Shown here piece by piece: positions 1 to 12,682 of a stretch of DNA of 36,463 bases. Origin of the DNA: Basidioascus undulatus (taxonomy: Eukaryota). The DNA lies in the NCBI GenBank assembly GCA_000826855.1, contig JTLS01000057.1:1-36463 (forward strand). Direction: 5' to 3'. The position numbers were made by a program, and so were the translations under genes. The first letter of the stretch is position 1. Each line of letters begins with the position of its first letter. A model generated the notes under the pieces. That model worked only from the letters and a program-made list of their open reading frames with translations, was not told the DNA's origin and made no database searches.

Positions 1-1370
1 GGGGGGAGGGGAGGAGGGAGGAGGAGCCGAAGTCGGCTAAACGCGGGGTGAGGTCAGGGGCGAGCTTTGTCGGGGAAACGAAGATGGGAGGAGTCAGATA
101 GGGAAGAAGAGGGGAGAGTGGAACTGGAGAAAACGCACGAGGACGTTCTGCGGCTTGATATCAGCGTGCAGGACCCCGCGCTCGTGGCAGAACGCCACAG
201 CGTTCGCGAGCTGCGACGCCCATGTACGGAAACGCTCGGGCGTGATGAGGTGGGGCGAGGTGCGCGCGAAGGCGAGGAGGTTGGTTGGGCAATACTGTAG
301 GACGATAAGGAGGCGGGGTGGGTCGGGTGAGGGATTATCGGAAAAGGAGGCGGGAGGAGGTGGGGTAGCAGTGGCAGTAGCAGCTGCGACGGGCGGATCA
401 ACCGCTTCGGCGACGGTTGCGGAGACTGAGCGCGTGCGGATGGATGACGGTCGGAGGGGGAGTTGTGGGGAACCCGGTCGATGTGCGGGGGGCGGCGACG
501 GCCCAAAACCCAGCGCTGGTGCGCCGCCACCTCCGCGCACGCGGATCGACCCGCCGCGGCGGAGCGCAGGGTCGATCTGGGCGGGGTTGATTCCCGCTGA
601 CGGGCGCTCGTCCGTCTCGTCTTTGACGCCGATTAAGCGGACAATGTGTGCGCACCCGGAGAGGCGCCGAAGGAAGAAGGCTTCGGAGATGCCGAGGAGG
701 GAGGAGGTGCTCGAGGGGTGGAGACGCTTCGCGGCGCAGAGGCGGTAGATGTCGGTGGAGCTGGAGGAGGTGGTGAATTGGGGGAGAGCATTGGGAGATG
801 GACGCCTGTAAATGGGGATGGTGTTGTCAGCACTACGGCGAGAACCTCGAGAGACTTATGGGCAACAAGCCCGCCACCTCTGCGCCCCGCCCCACCAGGG
901 AAGTCAACTCACCGTCTTCGATAACTCGCGAGGTAAACATTCGCGTGCCTCCCCTCCCCTAGCAGATACTTGGGCGTCGGAAACACGCGCACATCAAGCG
1001 ACGCGTCCTTGTGGTTCGCCGCGCCCGCAGCGAGGTACGACTTTGCCGCAGGGCTCGAGGCAAACGCGTGGGGGTTTGGCGCGTCCGCGTCTCGGGGAAC
1101 GCGCGGGGCTGCAGAGGAGATCGGGGAGGGGGTCGTGGGGGAGGTTGCGGTGCTGAAGAACGACGACGTCTTGGATGATACTGGCGCGGGTGCGGGTGCG
1201 GACGCGGTGGGCGGCGGCGCGGTTTGGAGAGAAAGACGCGGCTTCGCCATCGCGCCTCCCGAGCCTGCTCCCGACGCGCCCGCCGTCGGTTGCACCGGAG
1301 ACGGCGGCGGGGACAGCAGCATCTGGTGCGGCGGAGGCGGAGGCTGTGTGGAGAATGAGGAGCTGAACAT
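1..1370 (-). CDS. Ser/Thr protein kinase, non-RD type (3' end lies beyond the window)
   Basis: Spliced exons 1370-913, 805-139 and 64-1 give the kinase subdomains in order: LGEGRHANVYLA (Gly loop), CAAKRL (catalytic Lys), EAFFLRRLSGCAHIVRLIGV, LLIVLQYC, HADIKPQNVL and LADFGSS. Introns are GTGAGT..CAG (912-806) and GTGCGT..AAG (138-65). Confidence 0.9.
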
Positions 1371-4300
1371 GGCGAGATGGCGGCGGGGATGGCGGTGGAC
1401 GGTCAAGGCAGGAGGAGGAGCAGAACTGGAAGAAGGCAAGAGCCAAGGGATCAAGATAAGCTCGAGTCGTTTACGCGTATCTTTAGAACTCTATTCGCTT
1501 CATCGGCCCGATCTGCGGGCAACGGCTAAGAGCGGAAGCTGCAACGGATTCACGCTGCGCTGTCAGTTGTATCGAAAGCGTCTTCTGGTTTGAGAGAATG
1601 CAGAAGCTATCCCGATTGAGTGGGTCTGAATAGCAGGGTCTGAATATCAGGACTGTTCGAGAGATCCGAGGAACTTGTGGGGCGACTGAGCCTCTAACAA
1701 CAACCAGCCCAGCAGTCTGCGTGAGCTGCAATAATCGGCGTGTCCTGCCATACCAGCATGGTATTTCAGGATTGTTACCCAACATGTGAACAATACGGTT
1801 GTAAGGGCTAAAGAACTTGTTGAAGGCCCCAGTCGTTCGTGATCGATTGGACAAGCTCCAGGTGAGCAGCGACATCATCTAAGGCTGCTGAGCGCTGTCC
1901 TCGAACCCGGGCTGCCTTCAGAGGAGATTATTTAAAATGCAAACAGCCCAATTTGACAAACATAGATCTATTTGCCATAAAAGGTGCATACTGAAGGTGG
2001 TAATCTCGATGTAGGGGCTTGGAGAAGACCATGTGTCGATGAAGCTCCTCTTCTCATGATGCCACTTAGACGGTTCCCTTGCTCAATCATAAGCTTGATA
2101 TATTAGAATACTTTATGAAAGGAGTTGCAGTAATACTTTCCACTACACGTACTGATCTACTCTACGCAGTGCTGACGGACGTTTTCAAAAATTGTGGCCG
2201 CCGTTAGGTCAATCCTGAGGGAAAGAGATACTCAACTTTAATGCACCTGCTGGACATTCAGGTTAAAGAATTAGCCATAGGTCCCCTTACCTGTTGTCCT
2301 TCCTTCACAGCGTTGGCCAGTTCCCCTGGCGAAAGGCACACTGGCATGCGGTCGTCAGCTTTGGCTCTCGCTCACGACGAGATGGGCGCCATGTCGTAAA
2401 GATTAGCCTGTGAAACAAGCCGAGGTCAGAAAACCTCTGCTCTATCATGTATGAGGTGTTAGACACTGGATAAAAGCAGTTGCAGGCACCGCTCAAAGAC
2501 GGAATCTGCGTGGGCGGAGCATGATGTATCGCATGAGGCGTACGAGGTTGTGTGGGCAATCTGAGCTTGGGCAATCTGAGCCAAGCTCAGATATTATTAG
2601 TTCTCTTGCAGCGGCTCACTTGGGCCCACTGACGCTTGCGTCAAACGACATGGCCCAAGTGCAGTCACTGCTTTACCCTGCTGTTTCTTTCAAACCCCGC
2701 AAGCGGACCCAGGTACGCATCAACCTCTACTTCGGGGGTACCGTTCATGCCCTAATGAGGCACACGACAACTTAAAATGCTTGGAGAACCTGCATAAAAA
2801 GTGGTCTATGCAAGCCATGCTGCCGGCATGAACACGCGACAAGCTGAAGTACGTGCAAATCAGTTTGTTCACGCCTCCCACAACTTCTCCTGCCCCTTTG
2901 AGTGTCTCGAATTTAGAAGAAACAGCATTATTTTGCTGTCCTGGACTGGTCAATAAGCATGGTGAAGGCAAAAGAACATGCTAGCGTTTGGACTTCTTTC
3001 TCACCCTGAGCCGCCTTGCGCGCTCGCCTCTGCATGGCATGCATTGCAGCGTGCTGGGACAGTTGGTCCCTTGCGGCAGCGGGTGCATGAGATTTTTTTG
3101 CATGATTACTTGCCACTCTGTCAGAATAGATCACCGAGTACCGCATGCAAGGTCACGCTTGCACTCTCCCTCACACTCATTCCCGCCTGCCTGTCCCGTC
3201 TAGTGGAAAGAGGCATTACAAAAGAGAAACCATTTGGTTGAATGCGTATCACAGGCGGCCCAGATTTGCGCTCGTGTCTGGCACCGCATTCTGCTAGGAG
3301 TCTCGTTCCTGCCTGGCCGATATTGGGTGGTAGCAACTTGAGCTAGAACAAGCAACAACGTAACTAGCAAGATGCGGTCTCGAATTCCAATGGCGTACGC
3401 TCTTCGGTAGCAGTCTCTCTTGTGTAACCATCATACGACCACCTCAAGCTTCCCATTCGGACGCTTCGCGAATGCGCTTCGCATTCTCGCGGCGGACTCG
3501 CGGGGCGTCCTCGTGATGATGGGTGCATACGAGCCAAGAACTGCAGGAGGGGAACACGGCCTTCGGGATTGGGAGTTCTCCAGTATACCTTAAGGTGAAG
3601 AGTCTAGTGATATTTTTTTTCTCTTTGGGCTCGGGACGCTACGGGCTGCGAAGTCTGCATGGGATGACAAGTGACCTCGCAGTTTGCCAATGTGGACTTT
3701 CAGTTCGAATGTGGACTGGTAAATACACAGGGGGGAACAAATGCTTAAAGCTTCTCATACAAAAAGAAATACTTTCAGAGCAATGTGGTAGGCTGTACGG
3801 TCGGCTCATGCTCCACTGCCTCACCCGCAGATCAGGAAATCACTTCAGAAAGCAACTGGCGAGTAGGCTCAGTTTAATGATCCGTGGTCAAAAGAGTTCA
3901 TAGTAGAAGAAGTTCTAAATGTTATTTCTAGGCATCCTAATTAGCCCGCCACACGATGTTCAGTCAGGCATCTTCCAACTCGCTGATGGTGTCTGGAAGC
4001 AGCAAAGGCCTGCACCGGAGTCGCACTCAGCCAACCGAATACATGTAAGCATCAATTTGTGACAAGGGATATAAACCTGAAATTATGCAGCCCCCCCAAA
4101 AGTGTTCGCTCTCTACACTAGCGCCATCTTTCTGTTATTACGAGCTAGCAAACGAGGGTAGGCCCTAGGACTGTCGGAAGCAACACATTTCCTAGTGGTC
4201 ATGGAGAGCTCCCAAGCATATTGAGGGAGTTTAACAACTTTAGATGAATGGCGAGGTGTCCAACTGAACTGACGGCTATCATGGCTCGCAGCGTCAGAAC

Positions 4301-5538
4301 AGGGACCGGGCCAGAGTCTTGGTGCGCCGACGTGTGTATCGACCGTGTGCATCCCGGTGACAGGACCAGTCGGGCAGTCTCGAGCACCATATAATGACAG
4401 GGAGAACTGGTCATCTCTACTCTCTTGAGTGTGAACAGGACAACGCACGGCCGCACTCTGGCGCCAGCGCACCGCCATGGAACCAAAATGATATAGAATG
4501 GTTGCAGCAGAACAGCAGACCTGGCTCACTTGGCTGTATGAAGCTGAAGATACGACACATGTGACACCGATCAGTATCTTTCGGCCGACACCAGCCCACT
4601 TTTACCTGCAATGGTTGGGCGGTCAGTGTGCCCTTGCAGCGGATGGCGGGGCCAATGTTCACGACGGGCGTGTGGTGAAGGACGGAGGCATACGCAACTG
4701 AGCGAGTTGTAGACTCCTCTACAGAATGTTCTGCAGTCGGCCGTTTCAATCTCGAGCTATTCTACGCTTGTCTGTACAGCGAGCCAGATCTGAAAGGAGC
4801 GCAGCGGTCCGGCGGTAGGCCACCCGCGCGCCGTATCTTGCTGAGCTGGCGGTGCTGCGGGCCTAAACAGGGCGTCAAGAGCTCTAATCTGAGCTCTCCG
4901 GTGTCCGGCGAATCTGTGAGGGAAGAGAGCGAGGAGAGAAGACGCAGAGCGTCATCCACTCGCCGCGGATGATACCTCCGTTGCAGGTCAATTAGGCGAT
5001 ATACTAGCGTTTATTAGTTTTCCCCACCTGGCACCGGTTGCGAGTAGAACCTCCACTTTCAAAAAGCCCCGCCTCGCATGACTATTGCAGAAAGTACATG
5101 TTCATCAGGACCGGTGTAGGTGCTGAAAGTCCAGTCTGGTGTAGGTGAAATCACTGCTATCGCTGAGGTGGTCATGTAAGGTATTGCTGCTCACGATTAC
5201 TATTGAAGCAATTGAAGGTGTCGCCGATCGCTGTACACATTCGCAGAGTATACATTCCGGTAGGCCCCGGACTCCACTCTTTCCCGAGCGGCCGTTGTAG
5301 ACGAGGCACGACGGCCGACGGCGGACGCAATCGCCAGCGGCGCGCTGTCGTCATGTGGTCATCTCGCCTGCACCGTCGCTTGCTCCTCTGCGCGCGCATC
5401 ATTGCCGGACACGCACGTCCTTCTCGAGCATCCTCGACCGCCGGGGGCATGGTGGAAGGGGGGCAGAGGGGCAGGTGATCCGCTGGGCCTCCGCATTTGG
5501 AAGCCCGGCCCGGACGCCAGCACCCATCCGGACAGCAA

Positions 5539-5544
5539 TATAAG
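5539..5544 (+). promoter_or_regulatory. TATA-like box of the FDH gene
   Basis: TATAAG about 115 nt upstream of the ATG, followed by a CT-rich tract typical of fungal core promoters. Confidence 0.45.
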
Positions 5545-5654
5545 GACGCTGCTGCCTTGGGAGTCGCTGCCTCTTTCTTCATTCGATCGCATCTCCACTT
5601 CTAACTCTCATACACCTTCACAACACCTCAACTTCACTTCTCTAACCGTCCAAA

Positions 5655-7334
5655 ATGGTCAAGATCCTCGCTATCCTCTACTCTGGCGGCGTGCACGCTC
5701 AGGAGGAGTCTCGTCTCCTCGGCACCATCGAGAACAAGCTTGGCCTCGCGGTAAGGCTGGGATTTCGTACTCGTTTGAGATTGAGGTCTGTTCCTCACGA
5801 CCTTGGATGGATACACAGGACTGGGCCAAGCAGAACGGCCACGAGCTCATCGTCTCCGACTCCAAGGAGGGTGCCGACTCTGACTTCCAGAAGCACATCG
5901 TCGACGTGCGTCTTTCCTGGCTTTCTGTGGGATACGGAGGGAGAATGAGCTGACAGTCCGTCTGGCCCACAGGCTGAGATCCTCATCACCACTCCCTGTT
6001 AGTCCCGGATTATCTATGGAATGCGGCTGTCTTCGAGCGCAAGTGAACTGACAATGTTTCTGGGATACAGTCCACCCTGGCTACGCGACCAAGGAGGTCC
6101 TCGCTAAGGCTAAGAAGCTCAAGCTCGCTGTCACTGCTGGTGTCGGCTCCGACCACGTATGTTTCTTTTTCCCATTTCCCACTTCCCATGAGTACGTGAC
6201 GGTGTCTGATTGTTTTCACATTCAGATTGACCTGAACGCCGCGAACGAGCACAAGATCACCGTCGCGGAGGTTTCGGGCTCCAACGTACGCCTCCTGCTC
6301 ACTCAGTTTTGCTGTTCTCACAGCATCCGGCTTACCCACTCCAATCAACAGGTCGTCTCGGTCGCTGAGCACGTTCTCATGACCATCCTCATCCTCGTCC
6401 GCAACTACACTCCCAGCCACGAGCAGATCGTCCGCGGCGACTGGAACGTCGCGCAGAACGCGCGCGCCGCGTTCGACCTCGAGGGCAAGGTCGTCGGCAC
6501 TATCGGCGCCGGCCGCATCGGGTACCGTGTCCTCGAGCGCCTGAAGCCCTTCGACTGCAAGGAGCTCCTGTACTTCGACTACCAGGCCCTGCCTGACGAG
6601 CCCGCCAAGAAGGTCGGCGCCCGCCGCGTCGAGAAGCTCGAGGACTTCCTCTCTCAGTGCGATGTCATCACCGTCAACTGCCCGCTGCACGAGCAGACCC
6701 AGGGCCTCATCAACCGCGAGACCCTCAAGCACGTCAAGAAGGGCGCATGGATCGTCAACACTGTACGTCGGCGAGCTTGGACGAGATGTGGAAATCGCTT
6801 TCTAACAATTTCCCACTCCTGCAGGCTCGCGGTGCGATCTGTGACGCTGACGCGATCAAGGAGGCTCTGGAGTCTGGTCACATCGCCGGCTGTGAGTGAG
6901 CTGTCGCTCTTGCCTCGCGATCACGAGCTAATACATCCTTGCCTTGCAGATGGTGGTGACGTCTGGAACCACCAGCCCGCTCCCAAGGACCACCCCTGGC
7001 GCGACATGCGCTCCCCTATCGGCGGCGGCAACGCCATGGTTGCGCACTGTGAGTTTTCGCTCGCGCTTAACACCTGCTGTCGGAGTTACTGAGTGCCCAT
7101 TCACCCCACACAGACTCCGGCACCACCATCGACGCCCAGATCCGCTACGCGAACGGCACCAAGGAGATCATCGAGGTATGTTCGACTCCCACTGTGTTCT
7201 ACTGCTCCCAAAATCGCGGCTCATCACTTTCGCTGTTTTTGCAGAACTACCTTGCCGGCAAGCCGCAGAACCCCGCGAACCTGATCGTCGAGAACGGCCA
7301 GTACGCGACCAAGGCGTACGGCCAGCGCAAGTAG
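5655..7334 (+). CDS. FDH1: NAD-dependent formate dehydrogenase
   Basis: Ten exons with nine GT-AG introns splice in frame: [65 protein letters not shown] (Rossmann), YFDYQ (the Asp typical of NAD specificity), [39 protein letters not shown], ending [12 protein letters not shown]. Confidence 0.97.
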
Positions 7335-8863
7335 ATGATCGCCGGTGCCGCTTGATTGAGATGGGAAATGAGTACTACGCAAAATGTTGATTGACGAGAT
7401 GACGAGAACGAGCAGTTCCATGAATGATACCCCCCCTTCATACACGATTGTATTGTCCTTTGTGTGCCGCCCTTATGTGCTGGTTTGCGACGGTTGACGG
7501 TTGGTTTAATAATTCTTTGCGCTTGGAAGTACTCGTCATCAGTGCCGAGCACGCGTTTGTTGAACGTACTCTGCAACAAATACCTCCAACATCCTCGGTA
7601 TTTGTCAAGACTGGGAGGACGTGCTGCTGTGCCCGACATTCTTGGACCTCGGGGAATGGTGCCACAGCTGGTGCATGCATCCACACTCCGAAGCCTTCGA
7701 TACAGAATTGTGTCGACAATCTGCGCAATCTTTCGTTGACTCTCGACGACCCTAATTGTCCTGGCGAAGCTGGTGCATGGGCGTGCGTTCTCTCTGACAG
7801 CCAGTCTCTACCGTCGCATGCTCTTTCTCTGGTTTCTTGCCTCGCGAATCAGAGTCTTGTTCGGCGTTCGCTTGAGCTGTCTCGAGCGGGTCGCCATGGG
7901 TGACGACCGAGTCTACTCTTTCGAGCTCGGAAGGGGGAAAGAAGACGCCGTCGATCTTGTCCGTTGACCGGGACCCGTCCTTCCGCGCTCAGTGTCGTAT
8001 CTACGATACGAGCGAAGACGGTAAGCTACAGAATCCCGTGCCTTTGACCCCAGAGTGTTACCTTAAATGATCCGAGTATCGTGAGTAACAGAGCAGTGGG
8101 CGTGGTGATAGCTTCGCGGATACAATTTATATGCTGCGCGCTTTGCCATGCGTGCCTCCAAGCCGCGGTGTGCAGGGGAGTCAACATTAAAGCGCCGGGA
8201 TCTTTACCGTATACCGTGTGCGGAGAGTAGCAAAGCCACAGTTCAGAAGCACAGTATAACGAAGACGATGCGACACGTCTTGGAGAGCCTTCCGCGTTAA
8301 CACACCGAGCCTCGACACCAAGCCTGCCCGCACAAGAGCGTATTCCCATTGTGCAGTTTCGGCATCCCTCTTCCATATAAAGCACCAAACAGCTCACAGC
8401 TGACACGTTCACCTCTTTCTTCTTCCACATCTCGCTCTCAGTCCCACAGAGCAATTCGCAGATCCAGACCATCCGCGCGTACGGTGGGCGCATTACTTCC
8501 GCGATGGACCGACCTTGCAGACTTCGTCGACCTGAACCTAGCACGTCGAAGCATTACCCCACCGAGAGCAAGCTTCGCCGTGGGTACTCGCGTGTGTGAA
8601 GAGGGGAGTATCCGGGAGGATGTTCGAGATTGTGAACGACTATTGTTGATACACGGTGAGCCGATCCGCATACTTGACACAGCCTAGATATCGACGCGGC
8701 GAGCATATGGCATGTGAGTGACACGTTCGAAGGCATGCGGCACGCTGCACTCGTCGCACGAGCCTGGATCTCTGTCGCACAAGCAGCAGCGTATAAACAT
8801 ATCCCCGCTACCGCTGCCCTGCGCTTCATTACTCTGTTGGCCCTCTCCTCTACCCCGCCAAGC

Positions 8864-10421
8864 TCAGTCGTGACGGGAAACCGGACCGCCGAGGAGGGTG
8901 TTGGGCAGAGGTGCGCTGCCTGTGGGATGCGTGGATCGAGACGTGAACACACGGCGGCAGAAGAGGACGCAGCAATGAGAGAAGAAGACAGACCTGCGGA
9001 GGCGAGGAGTGCCACGCTCGCGACGGCGATGACGATGAGGAAGACAGTCGAGCCGAGGAGAAGGGTGAACTCGCTGTCCAACCGCAAACACAAAGTCAAC
9101 AACCGTCTGCGAACACAGAAGTCCTCCTCCACGGAGCAGAAGCCCAAAGCCAAACTCACGAAGACACGTCCTTCCGTTCGCACGCCACGCCCGCCCACTG
9201 CGTCGTTGCCTTCCCGTCCTCGGTCTTGGTCGCCTCGCACGCGCAAGTGAAGCATGCGCGTCCAGCGCGACGCGTCTCAACACACTGGCCGCGGCCTGAG
9301 CACGAGTCGGTCGCGTTCGCGCAGGCCTCGGCGGAGGTGAGGCACTCCGAGGAGGAGAAGACAGGCGCGGTGGAGAGCGCCGGGGAGGTCAGGGAGAAGG
9401 CGTCCTGGCGCTTGGAGTGAGAGGAGGAGGAGGGAGGGGTGACGAGCAGGACGATCTTGGGGACGAGATCGCGTGACTCGCAGGCCTGTGAGAGAGGGGA
9501 GGGGTGAGCGGTAAGTGGGTAGGAGGGGGGTAGGCAGTACTTGCCTGCTGGAACGAGGGGATTGCAGCCTGAAGAGGTACAATTAGTCTCCAGTTCGAAC
9601 ATCCACTAGTACGCAAAGCGATAGACGCACCTTCTCCAGCAAGCTCCGGAAGCTCTCCTTCGCATCCTTCCACTGCGAGCTCTTCCTCCCGTATTCCTGC
9701 TCAACCTGCCCAAGGCCGTGGAAGCGCAGCGTCGCGAACGACGTGTCCTCCGCGTCCACTCCCTCCGGCTTCTGCGCATTCGCGAAGTTGTCGACGTACG
9801 CGACGAGGTCCGCGAGCTCGTCCTTGAGGTTCGCGAACGCCTCGGAAGGGTGGACGTCGAGCGCGTTGAGCAGCGGGTGGAACGCGTCCGATGCGGACTC
9901 GATGAAGGACGCGAGAGAGGACGAGAACCAGCCAAAGTTGGTCACGGAGGAGGAGAAGACCGTGCGCGCGCGGGTGGTGTAGGTGTCAAGGAGGGAGACC
10001 CAGGCAGGCGTGGAGGGAGGGGAGGAGATGTGGAAGGCAGGGGAGAGGTTGGAAGGGACAAGGCCTGTAGGTGTGGCAGGAATGACTCGTAAGCATTCGC
10101 TCGGGGGACGAGGACTTAATCGTTGTACCACTCACCTTCCGCATCCTCAATCCCATCCACCCAGACAAACAAGACCCCCTGGTCCTCCCACGCCTGCTTC
10201 CCGCTCTCAATTAAGTGCGCCCACCGCTCGTGCCCGGGCGCGGACTCCTCGAACGCGCCGAGACCGAGCTGGCCGCTGAGGACCGAGTTGGCGTGCGCTG
10301 GGGAGAGCAGGGGCGTCTGGTCGCTGGCTCCCGGCGCGGGGGAGATGTACACTGTCGCCTGCGGTGAGCTTGCGGCTGCTGCTGCCAGCGAGCCGGCTAG
10401 GATGCTGAGTGTTGCCAGCAT
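8864..10421 (-). CDS. Vps3844 (DUF3844)-family vacuolar sorting type I membrane protein
   Basis: Signal peptide MLATLSILAGSLAAAAA. Cys-rich C-terminal domain CLTSAEACANATDSCSGRGQC..CFTCAC..WAGVACERKDVSSEF, then a TM helix and the tail GSAPLPNTLLGGPVSRHD-TGA. Five introns, one of them GC-AG. Confidence 0.85.
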
Positions 10422-11212
10422 GGCGATATGGCGGTGATGGTAGAGAGAATGAATGTGCTGATGGGCTACGGACAGGAGGCAAGGGGAGCTCGGGGGAGCG
10501 TGCGCTCACGTCCGGTGTTCTACCGCGGACACAGCACGGACGCTCAAGTGAAAGCTGCTGCCAGCGTTGCCCTACCGCTGTTTTCGGTGCTTCTGCCGAG
10601 GAAGATCTTGGGTAATTATCGAAATATAACCTTCTGAAGATATCTTCAGCGCCGTAAAGCAAGCCATGCCGACGCAATGCGAGGGAAAGGCGATCTGTCA
10701 CCAGGCCTTCCAAGCTGTAACGTGCAGCCTTTCACCCATTTTAGAGGAAGTTTGAACTGCTCCGATATGAGCAATCCAGCACAGTATTCTAAGCATCTGA
10801 AGCATTACATCCCCTTTACTACATCCACTTCACATGTGACACAAGCGACACATCCCCCCAGAACGGAGCGTTGCCAGCCTTACCATCAGTCAACCTGAGG
10901 CTGCCCTCAGGAATGGCGGCGTGAATATCGTACGCTGCACGGTACCAGGCCATCAAGGAGACACAGCCCTATGTACAGGCCAGTCAAGGAAGCACGTCAA
11001 GTACGCGGCTGGGTGCACGGCGCTTCTGAACCGCCAGTTCCTTCGAGCTTCTCAAGTCCAGCCCAAAACTGAGGGTGAAGCGTGGGTCCGAGACGGTCCT
11101 TCCCACCTTTGGGGCAGGACGTTGCCCAAGAGAAGGCGAGACGTGCTCTTCGGCGGACGGGGTCGTGGGGGTCGTGCCGCTCGCACTCGGAACAACGGTC
11201 GGGTTCGAGCAG

Positions 11213-11328
11213 TCGCTCTGGCAGCGCGGATCGTCAGAGGCTCCCTAAGCATGCAGCACGACGCGCGCTCTCGCTCTGGCAGCGCGGATCGTCAGAGGCT
11301 CCCTAAGCATGCAGCACGACGCGCGCTC
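11213..11328. repeat. Perfect 58-bp tandem duplication (2 copies)
   Basis: TCGCTCTGGCAGCGCGGATCGTCAGAGGCTCCCTAAGCATGCAGCACGACGCGCGCTC at 11213-11270 and again at 11271-11328. Confidence 0.95.
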
Positions 11329-12682
11329 CAGCTGGACGTGGCTCAGAATCGACCACGGCGGCTGTGTAAGAAAGCGAGCGCCTACCCATGATCCCCATGA
11401 TGCGGAGACAGGGAGTCAGAGGGGATTGCAGTGCCGTCTGCTCTACTACTCGCGCGTGCCATAGCCGTCTCTAATCGCCTATTTTTGCGAGTGCGGTGGG
11501 GTGGGCTGTTAGGATTTAAGACTTTCAAGGGGGAGGAGGGGATGAGAGGATGATGGGGAACGAGAGCAAAGCTGTCAGGCCGGTGGACGGACTGGCGGCA
11601 GCGAAGTGACGTTTCAGCGTTCCAAAATGCTTCCGATCGCCCGGCACCGGCCCCCTTTCACTGGATTACTATCAACAAAATAAAGTAATGCGGTATAGGA
11701 GGGAAATCTGTCATTTCAGGTAGTCAAACAAAGCAACAACAGGCGTTTGAGGCCAACGACGTCGCGGGCAGCTGGGCAAATGTTTTATTACTCTAGGAGC
11801 GCTGAGCGTCGCCGACAGGTGTGCGACTAAGCGGAAGGCGCTTTAGAGCCTGTAACAGCTCTTCAGGCGACGAGCTATCGATGTACGTATGGAACACTTT
11901 TGACGCGCCATGAGCATCAAAGCCTGAAGAACCGCTGGGTGAGCGGTCGTTCACAAGGCGTCTATTGGCAACTGGTTCGTTACCTGGGTGTTGGGCTGGT
12001 TATAGGCACTTGAGGGCAGCCGATTTCTCACATTAACTTGGGCGATACACAGTGCCGATGAGCATTGGGAGGTAAGCCGTCTCAATGCGTAAAGACTCCT
12101 TCGAAGGCTCACCCCCAAGCCTCTCATTGGACGGTCTCAACATTTAACAGGGACTGAATGATACGTCGCTTTGTTGAGTTTCTTCCAAGCCCCAGCCGAA
12201 TTGAAGAACTTGTGGGGAGGCTTATCAGGGAGACACAGGCACGCAGCGCTTGAGTGTCGGCGAGCCGGAGATTCGCGTTGGCGACAGCAGTGGCACTCTG
12301 CCAGCCGAGCACAGTTCACGACGTGCATAAATTCGACCCAAGCAAAGAATGCGATTTTCTTCTCGCTTGAGGAGGACATACCACTTGATCTTGAGAGTTG
12401 CGACCGCGTCGGACTCGCAGACTATGGTGTGAACGCGCACGACACGCGTCCAGTGCATCTCCTTCGAAATGACTAACCACCTAAATCAGCAAAAAGAACT
12501 GCATGGCTTGTTCAAAGGGGGAAAAGAAGGATGAATTGAGGCAGGCCCATGTCCGTGCAGCGGACTCTGCTCTTCCAGAGCCGCCGAGCAGTATGCAGTC
12601 TCCCACAAAGTCCTCCAGGCCTTCCATTCCAACCTCTCCGCATGAGCTCTAATCTAACAAGCGTCCTATCATCTACCATATA

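Noticed and set aside
1483..2060. Coding-like minus-strand fragments with a possible intron
   Set aside because: The frames do not join consistently and no family motif was recognised.
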